Shown here: piece after piece, positions 23,479 through 51,330 of the stretch
Position numbering within the stretch: position 1 is the first letter of the stretch
Layout: each line of letters starts with the position of its first letter
NCBI RefSeq assembly: GCF_001194135.2
Contig: NC_068994.1
Span: 53,681,880 to 53,745,879 of the forward strand
Direction: 5' to 3'
DNA length: 64,000 nucleotides
Source: Octopus bimaculoides
Lineage: Eukaryota
Notes under the pieces: generated by a model
What the model was told of the DNA's origin: nothing
Seen by the model: the letters and a program-made list of their open reading frames with translations, nothing else
Databases searched by the model: none
Program-made: the position numbers and the translations under genes

Positions 23479-24221
23479 CAGTAATGCCTTGATATACAAG
23501 TTTATTTGTTCCCCGGAGACCACTCATAAAGCGAAATTTCATTAAGTAGAGAAATAATTCCCCATAGTAGCAATATAATAAATCGTAATTTGTTCCCAGA
23601 AAAATATTTTACCCATAAAGTTTATAATACTCGTAAATAAATGGCAATAAAACAACAGTAAAAACTATTTTATGTAAAGTAAAAAGAATGTTAAGTTCAT
23701 TTATAATAATAATTTTTTTCGCTGCATTGACATCAGCACTTGATGCTTCTCCTTGCACTTTGATGGAATGTCACCCATGTTGATTTTTAAATCAATCAAA
23801 CCATCCTCTGCTTGCAACAAAAGTTTGTTTGTGTCACCTTTCATTTTTGTAAGCGTACTGAAAAGAAGCAATGCTTTGCTACAAATCGATGCTTGATTAA
23901 CATTTATATGCATGCATTGTGTTTTTTCACTTATCCATCCATTTAAAAGTTTTTCCATTTCCAGAATAATGCTTCCAGCATCTATTTTACAAGCCCAGGT
24001 TGATTGTAAAGGCTGCATATTTCTCACTTGATATAAATATTTTTGTTTTTCTTTAAGAATTGTGCAGACAGTTGATGAGTTAAGTGAAAATTTGTCACAA
24101 ATGTTTTTCACAGTTGTACTGCTATCATGCATTTTACAATTTCATAATTCATTTTCAAGGTGATGACTTTTCATTTCTTTTTGTTTGCGTTGGTATCTGT
24201 TGTACACTTTCGTTTAGACAT
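23479..24221 (-). mobile_element. Decayed Tigger/pogo-family DNA transposon (N-terminal CENP-B-like HTH region, truncated before the DDE domain)
   Basis: ATG at 24221 starts MSKRKCTTDTNANKKK*KVITLKM. After a frameshift: ICDKFSLNSSTVCTILKEK...EMEKLLNGWI...ICSKAL. After a second frameshift: FVASRGWFD*FKNQHG*HSIKVQGEASSAD. A TA|CAGTAATGCCTTGATATAC TIR-like end lies at 23477-23497. Confidence 0.85.
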
Positions 24222-25685
24222 ATTTGATGATCATATATCTTAAAACCCTAACCCTAAGCCCTAACAGTAAAACTTAGCTCTACTGCCTAACACCTAACCC
24301 CTAAATCTAAGCCCAACCCCAATTTTAAGCTCTAAATACTAACAAACTCTTAACTAGTAACATGTATCATAAATTATACTGAATTTTTGTTTTAAATGCT
24401 GTAAAATGAATCAGGCTGTCTACTATATGCTTTAAAAAATTTTCTGTTTCAGACAATAAAGTCAAGGATTCCCAGTCTTTGCTGTTTAAAGCAGAAATGC
24501 AAAGAAATTTTTTAATAAAAAATGAAACTAAAAGTTACGGGTTTGGTGGAACTTATTTTGAAATAATCATGCTTTATCTTATAGCATCAAGATTTTAATG
24601 ATATGATTGTTTACTTTTTAGAATGGTGTGGATGGTCAAATGTGGCCAGTTTGAAAATAAGACAGAGTTCTTTGGCCTGATATGACCATTTTAAATGCTA
24701 TAAGGTTAATCCATAACAGTGATTCATTGTTAAGGAATAAACTTACCAAATATATATAAATTTTGTATTTCAATAGACATAAGAAAATGTATAATATATG
24801 TATAATTGTGAAAAAAATCAGCTGTATGGTTACAAAAATGGTAAGTAGATCATTGAAGCTAGCTGTCCTTTACTTGTTAAATACTCAACAGAATACAAAA
24901 GATTATGGATTATTTTCATCGTTCTGTTTTATTTTGTAAAAAATAAATACATACATCAAATAAATATTCAATTAAAAGTATAAAAATATAGCATATATAT
25001 ATTTATGAAAATGGTATCTAATAAAATGTGTATAAATGCATATATAAAATTAATATCAAGTATTAAATGAAGATCTATATATTTATACATTATATAATAA
25101 TTACTTCTTTTATTAGCTGCAAAGGTCCAAAATAAAAGGGACGGTATAATACAAAGGGAAACAAACAGTGGACATGGGAAATTTACAATATCCAGAAATA
25201 GGGTGAGATCAATGAAACAATAACTCATTAATAAATAGATGATTAATAAATACTAATAACAGTATTGGACAGAAAAATAATAACAAAAGTGGATCATTAA
25301 AACTGAGGCGGGAGAGCAACCAGAGAAAGTGAATTTAGGGCACCCCCACATATTATACAGCTGCAGAACTATATGTACCACATGAATGTGCCATGGTACT
25401 GTTGAAACTATCAACAGATCCATGGTTTCAGATATTGTCTACCTCTGCTTAATTGAGGACCATACTTCACAATCTGGCATGCAGTAGTTAATTGTATATG
25501 ATGAAGTGATGCAGTCTGGGCATGTACTATATATCTAATGTCTTGTCTGGTTACAATGGTAGTGGTAGTAATGATGCTGGTGATAATGATGATGATATCA
25601 ATGAGTAAAACATTGAAATAACAATTACAAAATGGTGATGAACCATTAAAGTTCAGTTTGAATACAACAATGTCCTTAGTCAATT

Positions 25686-41607
<15,922 letters not shown>

Positions 41608-42477
41608 CTGGTAAGGGGAAAAAAAAGAATCATTGGATGGCAAATATGAGACAAGGTTTTGTAGTCTTAAACTGACTAAGGATAACTTTCACAAGGCCTG
41701 AAATTTTGGGGGAGTGGGTCCTGTCGATTAGATCGACCCCAGTACGCAACTGGTACTTACTTTATTAACCCCAAAAGGATGAAAGGCAAAGTCGACCTCG
41801 GTGGAATTTCAACTCAGAACATAAAGACAGATGAAATACTAAGCATTTCGCCCAGTGTGCTAACGATTCTTCCAGTTCGCTGCCTTAAAAGAGGTGTAAA
41901 TATTGAAATATATTCCATCACAAAAGATGTGTACATATTGAAATATTTTCCATCACAAAAGAAGAATTTAACCTGTTTGTTACTCTGTTTCTGTTGATAT
42001 ACTCTTTGTTTCAATTGATTTTGAAAATAACAAAGAATTTAGCAAGATAGCTTAGTTATAACAATAACTATTAAGCTGATGTTTGGAACATAAATTGGTT
42101 TCAAATTTAGGCACAAGGCCAACAATTGTAAGGGAGAGAGCAAGTTGGTTACACTGACCTCATTGTTCAACAGGTACTTATTTTATTGGCCCCAAAAAGA
42201 TGAAAGGTGAAGTTGGCCTTGGTGGCATTTGAACTCAAAATGTAAAGAGTCAGAAGAAATGCCACTGAGCATTTTGTCCAATGTGCCAACAATTCTGCCA
42301 GCTCATAGCCTTTTGTTTTGAACATGAATTACGATGAAATTTAGAAGGAAGACCTTAATTAGATCTCATTAAAAGCAAGAAGCATATATCATAGAATCCA
42401 GGGTAGGTCCCAGGTATGTTGGTATCAAAAGATTCAGACAGGAACAAAACACTCGGTAATCACTGAGGGTCAACCAA

Positions 42478-42892
42478 NNNNNNNNNNNNNNNNNNNNNNN
42501 NNNNNNNNNNNNNNNNNNNNNNNNNNNNNNNNNNNNNNNNNNNNNNNNNNNNNNNNNNNNNNNNNNNNNNNNNNNNNNNNNNNNNNNNNNNNNNNNNNNN
42601 NNNNNNNNNNNNNNNNNNNNNNNNNNNNNNNNNNNNNNNNNNNNNNNNNNNNNNNNNNNNNNNNNNNNNNNNNNNNNNNNNNNNNNNNNNNNNNNNNNNN
42701 NNNNNNNNNNNNNNNNNNNNNNNNNNNNNNNNNNNNNNNNNNNNNNNNNNNNNNNNNNNNNNNNNNNNNNNNNNNNNNNNNNNNNNNNNNNNNNNNNNNN
42801 NNNNNNNNNNNNNNNNNNNNNNNNNNNNNNNNNNNNNNNNNNNNNNNNNNNNNNNNNNNNNNNNNNNNNNNNNNNNNNNNNNNNNNNNNNNN
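42478..42892. other. Assembly gap that probably hides the first coding exon of UVSSA
   Basis: I found no sequence encoding the expected LVEELTTSG...KICK N-terminus in 41608-49600 outside this gap (manual scan). Confidence 0.5.
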
Positions 42893-45800
42893 TTTAAATA
42901 AATAAATGAATATGAAGAAAAATGATGTTAAGTATTGATCCCTCACTTTCTTTCAACCACTGCCTAATTACCAACTTTACTCATAAACAGATGAAGTTTA
43001 TCAACAGGAAGGGTATCCAGCTGTGGAATATCTGCCTCAACAAATTCTCAAGCATGGAAAAGAGAATCTCAAAATGATGTTGATATTGTTTCCAAATATC
43101 TTCTACTATAGCCCTGGGTCAACCAAGGCTTTGTGAGTGGGTTTGATAGATAGAAACTGAAAGAAGCCCACCAGTTCTATATATATGGCAGTGGGGTATA
43201 TCATGTGTGAATATGTGTTTGTGTCTTCTTATCTTGACACCACACAACAGTTGGGAATGAGTGGCACCATAATAGAAGCCATGACTTTTGTCCACAGTCT
43301 TCTATGAAAACATATCTGGTCATAGGGAAATATTACCTTGCTTGGAAACAGGTATGGTATCTGGCTGTAGGAAAAATGCATCAACCAATTTCTTCTGACC
43401 ATACAGGTTAAAACAATGATGGTGACGATGAGGAGGAGGAGAAGGGTAACTGTGGTGGTGTTGGTGGCATAGAAATATTACATCTGAATAGTTAATGTTG
43501 TTGTTTAGTTCTGACTCAGTCCTGATTGGAGAAATACATGATCACAGTTGTTTCAGTTATAGTTATTGTGTCTCCTTGAGCACTGCTTAACTCGGATCAC
43601 ATAACTCAAAATGTCTCACACATTTTCAAGAGAAGTGGAGGGGAGAGGTATATGAGAGTGAGAGCTTGTTGCTATTTCTAGCAGGTTAAAACAACATCAA
43701 GCTACCCCACTCACTCATATTAGTTAATATACAAGTGATGGTGGTCTTGAATTCCATAATCCAATGGGACTTATTGGATAAAATCCCAAATTATTTTCGA
43801 AGTTATAGTTAAGGGTAGGATTTGAATTCTATTCTTTACATGTCAATGGACACACTTCTCAATTTCTGCAGTGCTCACTCACCTGATTTACTTCCAACTA
43901 GAGCTTATTTACTGCTACATGAACTGCTCTTACCATGGACACAATACAACCCTGGTGATGGGTTACAAATCATGAATCATCCTGTAAGTGGGGTCATGGT
44001 CAACTGTAACTACCCAAGTTTGAATTCTTGTTATTGTGCATTCACTAATGGCAAGGGACATAACTTTACTTGCTTAAGTGTATTTAATTGAACAAAGAAA
44101 AAAATTGATTGTACTCCTATTCACAACCGTGCTACTAATAATTTCTATAATGACTCAAGGAGAAGAATACTGTAGTTGATTAGATCAGCCATGGAAGGTA
44201 CTTGTTTTATTGATACCCTGGGGACGTTTGAACTCAGATAGTGCTGATAATAACAATAACTGTTTCTGATACAGATGTAATGCCACAAATTTAGATGATA
44301 GATGTAAGTCAATTAAATCAATGCCAGTAATTGGCAATACTTCATTTTATTGATCCAGGAAAGATGATGGGGGATTTAAACACAGAACACAAAGGACTGT
44401 AACTAAATGCTGCAAGGTATATTGTCCGATATTGTAAAGATTCTTACAATCCCCAGTCCTTCTTGATAATGATGATGATGATGACAATGATGAGGATGAA
44501 GATGATGATGATGATGATGATCAAGAACAAGCAACCAACCATATTCTGGGATATGCCAACACATGCAGATGGTTTGATGAAGACTAATTAGCCAGATATG
44601 ATTAGTGTAGTCGATGCCAGAAAGCACTTTGTCTGACATTCAAACAACTCTGCTAGACTTTAGGATTTTGTGGAACAGGATTCTTTAATCAAATTAAGAG
44701 AAAAAGTTGTTCATGTATTTCTCTAAATACATAGAACAAGCTAATCCATGGTAAGGTGGTCAGGGGTGGAAGGGATAGAATATAAAATTGCTTCAGAAAT
44801 CTACTTGATAAAAACAACGAAAAAATTTTGAAGTGGAAATCAAACTTGTGAGTGGATTTGGTAGACGGAAACTGAAAGAAGCCGGTCATATATGTGTGTG
44901 TGTGTGTGTGTGTTTGTCCCCACCATCATCGCTTAACAACTGATGTTGGTGTGTTTACGTCCCCGTAATTTAGCAGTTCAGCAAAAGAGACCAATAGAAT
45001 AAGTACTAGGCTTACAAAGAATAAGTCCTGGGGTCGACTTGTTTGACTAAATAGGTGGTGCTCCAGCATGGGCACAGTCAGATGACTGAAACAAATAAAA
45101 GAACAAACAATTCATTTCTTAGGCACAAGGCCATGATTTTTACTTTTTCAATTTGATTTTGTGAAGGAAAATAGTTAATTATATTGACCCTGGTACTTAA
45201 CTGGTCCCTATTCTATTAACCTTAAAAGGATGAAAAGCAAAGAGAGTAAAAATATTAATGTTCAAAGTTGAAGTCAATTCCTTAAACCAAAGGGGTTATT
45301 TTTAAGAAGTCTAATATCACCAAAGCCCAATCAATAGAGCCTACAAAGACCAGTGCTTTGCTCAAGTTTACATATGACATAATTCATAAAGTAATTATTA
45401 TAGAACAAATTCACCATGCAACACCTTGGGCCAGTGTCTTGTAGTATAGCCCTGAGCTGATCAATGTTTAGGGAGTGGATTTGGTAGACATACACTGAAA
45501 AAGAAGCCCATCATATATATGTGTGTGTATGTGTGTGCTTATTTATATCTGCTACTCGTTTATTCAAAGGTCATGGTGTTTGTTCGTGTTGGCATTTCTC
45601 TCCTTGATAAATCACTTGCTTTGTACCTTCAAAGCCATGTAGAGGAAGAGATCTCTTATCTCTTACTTAAAAAATAGTAAAGAGTTGGCATCAGGATAAG
45701 CATTCAGCTGTAAAACAATGCCTCAAATTTTGTTTAACTCATGTTAGCATGGAAAAAAAATGGAATCTAAAACAATTAAGCAAAATTATAACACTGAATC

Positions 45801-47340
45801 AATCCTCCAAGTTTTCATCTCCCCTCCAAGAAACCTTATCAGTTTAAGAATTTAATGAATCACCAGCATTAACAATTCAAAATTAAAAAAATATATATAT
45901 TAACAACTTACCAAGATTATCCCCTGATTTACTTACACCATACAGCATTTGGTAAACTGTAGTCCAAATGAATGCAAGTATATTACAATAAAGTGGACAT
46001 ATGAGACTAGTATCTACTGTGACTGCAATTTTACTTGGCTTGATGGGTCTTCTCAAACATGGCATAATGCCTCCATGAGGCCCAACCCTCAAAAGCTTTC
46101 CACGTGCCACCAGCATCAGCCACTTTGCCTCCATGAGGCCCAACACTTGAAAGGTACTTTTTACGTGCCACCAGTACGGGTGCCGTTTTCATGACACCAG
46201 CATCAGCCACGACTATGATTTCACTTGGCTTGACAGGTCTCAGGCATAGATGTTCAAGACTCTTAACTCTACCAACAGGTTGGTAAAGCTAACCCATTAC
46301 CAGATGGACAAAACCAATTAGTCTTAGATCATATTCTAACCAACAAGAAAAATGAATGATTCATGAACTGATTGAAAAAGTGTTGCATATTGGCAGGGGA
46401 GGGTAATCTGTGTCAATGAAAAGTTAAGCAATGACAGAAGAATTAAGAGAAAGGAGATTGAGCTTTACTGTAAATGAACAAACCACATGATGATGATAAT
46501 GATGATGATGATGATGTCATTTAGTCAGGAGGAGAGGGTAGTGCTCATGATCCTTTAAAGGATGAGAATGGTGGGAGGGAGGGAGGAAGATACCCTCAAA
46601 CTGAAGACCATGTTGAAATGTTTGCAAACAGAGTGGACTCCATAAAGGTACTCAAGGACTGTTATGAAAGGTTTGGGCCCTATAAATACAAAAAGATATT
46701 TATAAGTAGATTAGTAACTTCCTTGTGAAGGAGAATGCAAAAACGTTTTTGTGTTGTGCTAAAGTCAGATAATGTTGAACTGATATAAGGAGTGACATCA
46801 CAGTTTTCATTCATGATATTTATAAATGTGATGTCATTAATAATTAAAATTATGTTCAAACATTTCACAGAAGACTCTTCAAGATATTCAGAAATCTTTC
46901 AGAGAACACATATTCTTTGTAATCAGTTACATAGAGGGGTTTGTCAATTTATACACAACCAGCTAATTCAAATATAGAATTATTAAATATTAGGAGAGTA
47001 TCACTATTTAGACACTCTTCTGCTGAACTAAAAAGATTTACTGCAAACAAGCCTGCATTTATAGGATATACTGTTAAGTTTTAAAATTTAAAATGGTTGG
47101 GGGGAATTAGGTTAAGTTTATGCTTTGGGGGGGGGGCAGTTTCAGTTACTACCTTTTAAAATTGAAATTGATAAAACTGATGTATTTATCTGATCTTAGA
47201 ATTAATTAAAATTTGATTTCAAGTCAAAATTCAATTTGTTCTAACAAAAATGAAATTTGATTTTTGTAATATTTTCCAATATAATGTCAACTCAAGTTAA
47301 AATTTCAGGTCATGACACCCTGTTATGTGTTGGTTTATGA

Positions 47341-47377
<37 letters not shown>

Positions 47378-49010
47378 ACACACACACACTTTGATCAAAA
47401 TTCTCCAACAAAAGAAGTAAATTAATTTCCGCAAGCCAATCTTAAATAGACACTACTTTGACAAGGGTAAAGAAATGCAACTATATGGATATGCTAAGAA
47501 CGGAAAAATTTACCAAAAGGTTCATTAATTACAAAAATAAATAAATAAATACATAACGGACACATCAAACTAGAATGAGATCTTGGCAGAATAGTGTTTA
47601 TTGAGAATTACTTAAATAATTCCATACAATATTTTCAAATAAATGTTAGGGTTTATAAAATTATAAATAGTTTGTTTTGTCATAAATATCAGTTGTTTTT
47701 AAGAATGATCCACTTTCATGCCACAACCCGAGTGAATCGGTAAATTATTTCATAGGTTTTGAAGAGACCAAAGGTAAAATCTTCCATCTCTACCAGTTTT
47801 CTAACACCTGTCCGATCTTCAAAACAATTTTCCCTCGAGTAAACGTCCCACGAAACAAATTACTTTTCATGGAGCACGATCTTAGTTTACGAATATTATA
47901 AACAACTGGCTTTTGCCAATGTGGGCCTATTGCCAGTTTCTTCGGAATCGTGGGGCCCCCCAACACCACACTGTTAAAAGTGTTTCAGTATCTTTTTTTT
48001 TTTTTTTTTCACCTGTCTCGTCTTAAATTAGATTTTTATTGTTCACAGATTAATGGCGAGACGGAGAATTACATAATCATCAGGTTGTAAGGACCTNNNN
48101 NNNNNNATTAGTTAAGAATATTGCAAACGCAGAATATTTCCAGCCACTGCGAAAAAAAAATCTCGTTATTACCCAATCTATTCAACATCAACATAAAAAA
48201 AAAAACAAAGAACGAAAACATGTATGCGAATGGATAATTATCAAAATAAATTTTAATATTCCTGATAGATTAAATTTTTCAACAAATGTTAATATAGTTA
48301 AGAAAAAAAGTTCTTCACGCAGAAATTTATGCCCAACCAAATGCGATCAATGTCTTTAATATAAATGAAAGAAGCTGTAGAAATCATAAGTGAATGCTTT
48401 TGTTTACTTACTATGGTAATAGTATTTCTGCTATAGGCACAAGACCTGATTTGCTATGAGAATATTATTAAATCTTGAAATAAGCCAACCCGCTAGTGAC
48501 AATTTTCAAGAACAATGACAAATGAAATTTGCATTTCTTCATATGAAACTGATTAGGCCCCAACCTAGAGTGGTGCAATGTGACACGTCCATCAAAACGT
48601 CCACCCAAGAAATGTTCCTTTTGTTTCAATTTTTAATCAACTCTTACTCAATAAGTTAACCAAAAATCTATTCTTGTCTTAGCATAGGTTAATCATGACC
48701 CAGCAAATCTATAAGACATTCACGCCGTGACCATCTAGTCTGTTTAAAAATTTTTTTTTTTTTATATAAGACTTATAAATAAAGGACTAAATTATGTGAT
48801 TTGTCCTTCGTTTTTAAAAGACAGTTGGGTGAGACGTGGCTGCTATTTCATGTATATTGAGCGACCTTATAAAAAGACTCCCTCCTTAACTCGACCCAAT
48901 ATCTCTTGTTATTGTCAAGAGTTTGTTAAAGATCAGCTGACTCCGTAAATATTATTGTAATTAAACATTACAAATTTAATGGGGAAAAAAAGTAAACAAA
49001 AGACAATTAC

Positions 49011-49396
49011 CGCAGAAAGCTGGATACTATTTAAAATAAAACATCAAAATATTAATTGAAAACCAAAGTTGTCAAAAATATCATCCAAGAAAATATAAAC
49101 AGAAAGATGCTTCCAAATTCTTGAATAATATTCAGCAGAACGGAAGTTTTAAAAAAATGCTTCACGTTGGCCAGAAATGATATCGACTGTCGTAATTGAT
49201 TGACAATTATTTTCCATTGTTTAACGTTTTTTTTTTCACTCTTCACATTTTGTTGAATTCTATGACCATAAAAATAAAATAAATAATTTATACAACGTGT
49301 TTAAAGTAGGTATACAATATATATCATGGTTAGTATATGTTGAGGAAAAGAACGAAACTAAGGCTCTCTCTCTCTCTCTCTCNNNNNNNNNNTCTT

Positions 49397-49427
<31 letters not shown>

Positions 49428-49605
49428 ATTTATCTATCTATTACTTATAGTATAAAATGACAAAAAGGCACAACTAAAAGTTTTTTTATATATTCATATA
49501 CATTTGAAAGTAGTTGTGAAAGAACGAAACTAAATCGAAACGTTGTTGCCATATCTAATATATATTGTATGAAGATTGCAGTAATGTCAGTGAAAGCTCC
49601 TCGCT
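49011..49605. promoter_or_regulatory. Putative bidirectional promoter region of UVSSA (-) and BORCS7 (+)
   Basis: The genes diverge here. There is local CpG enrichment, a minus-strand donor-like G|GTAATT at 49011/49010, and an exact 15-mer repeat at 49347-49361 and 49519-49533. Confidence 0.45.
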
Positions 49606-49725
49606 ATGGCGTCTGCTAATTGGAATCAGGAAACAAAATCTCGGTTAAATGATAAAATTTCAGGAAACATGAATGACCTCGGTTCTCTTGCGAGACAGAT
49701 CGTGCGTGGTTCTCATTCCAGTGAG
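49606..49725 (+). CDS. BORCS7: BORCS7 exon 1
   Basis: ATG GCG ... AGT GAG|gtaagt. Confidence 0.9.
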
Positions 49726-51236
49726 GTAAGTATTACTGTAAAAAAAAGAAAAGGAACTCCTTTCTGTTATTTCTTTTGTTGTTGTTGTTGTTGTTGTTAC
49801 CGTATACCATTGTTTCACCAGAAATTCTTCAAAACTCTGCTATTAAACATTCTACTGAATTTGCAACCTGATGTACAGTCATATCGTTTATACCTGATCC
49901 AACAGAATGATAATCTATGGTGTTCCAGCCATGGCCATCCTTTTCCTGTGTTTTTTTTCCTAGATACAATACCTCAAAGAGAATGTCATGATAGGATTTG
50001 ATATGAAAGAAATTTCGCTTCTATTTCTAGCAGCTCGAAAGACCACGCAGAGGCTCTCACGTTGGCTCATTCATATTTTTATTTTATTTTGTTGTTTATG
50101 AACGTTAAAAAATTATCTAACAACGCATTTAAAAATAATATTATACATTTAATTGCTAGTCCATTTACGTAAATATTTTCAGCTGTTGAATTAATTTATC
50201 ATCTACGAAAAGTCTAATGAGAATTAATGCCTTCGGCAGCTTCCTTATATTTCACGAAATCTATTTGGTTGCCGAACAGACAAAACGTGAAGACACAGAT
50301 CTTTCATATTACTAATTGGTGACCATTAACCGGTTATAAACAATTGTAGATATGATTGCTTGTCGTTTAGTGTGTGTGTGTCCACAAGTATACTATATCC
50401 GTTAGAGAAGATGGCTATGTAGATTTTATTAAATCTAGTGAACTTTGGTTGGTTGATTAGCATCAGAATGATCGTCTCCAGCAGATCTCTGACATGCAGG
50501 TTGTCGGACAAACGACCGTGACCCGCATCACTATTGTTCCAGAAATACATCATGCGCTCCAACGAGCTGGGGTCTATACTACAGTAATTCCTCGACTATC
50601 GCAGATGTTACGTTCCAAAACATCCCACAGAAATAATTAAAATCTAAAACAATATAAATACCCATCGGCTGCAGAAAAAGTTGACCTCAACTAGATTTGA
50701 ACTAAGAAATACTGCAAGGCATTTTGTCCCAATTCTCAACAATTCAGCCAATTAATCCACTGCCCTTTTTAAAAATAGAAATATATAGCAAGATTATTGA
50801 AGTATTCACCTATAAAAATAACAGCTATAATTTTGTTTTGGCTAATATTGATTCCAAATTTGCGCTTAATTTCAGTTCTCCCATTTTAAAAATAGAGATA
50901 ACTATAAAAGTATTATTTTATTTTATTTGATGGAAATATAATACTTTTTTTATTTAACATTCTGGGGTTTTGGTGGGTTTTTTAAAAATTATTTTTTTCC
51001 AATAGAAAGAGCAGTTTAAACTGAGGATCATGTAAATGCATTTTCTATTTTAGATTATCATCATAGAATATTTTTTGGAGTTTATTTTTATCAAATTTTA
51101 TTCAAAGTCAGTTTTGCTCTTAAAAACTTACAATTGACCAATGTATTCTTCAAGGCATTGTTTGTGTGTGTGTTTATGTATAGATATAGACAACTGTAGA
51201 AAAGTATGCATTTATGTATGAATGCATAATTGTGTG

Positions 51237-51268
<32 letters not shown>

Positions 51269-51271
51269 AAC

Positions 51272-51330
<59 letters not shown>

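Noticed and set aside
49052-49246. Minus-strand 64-aa ORF as the UVSSA N-terminus
   Set aside because: It shows no similarity to the UVSSA N-terminus in any frame and no phase-2 donor.
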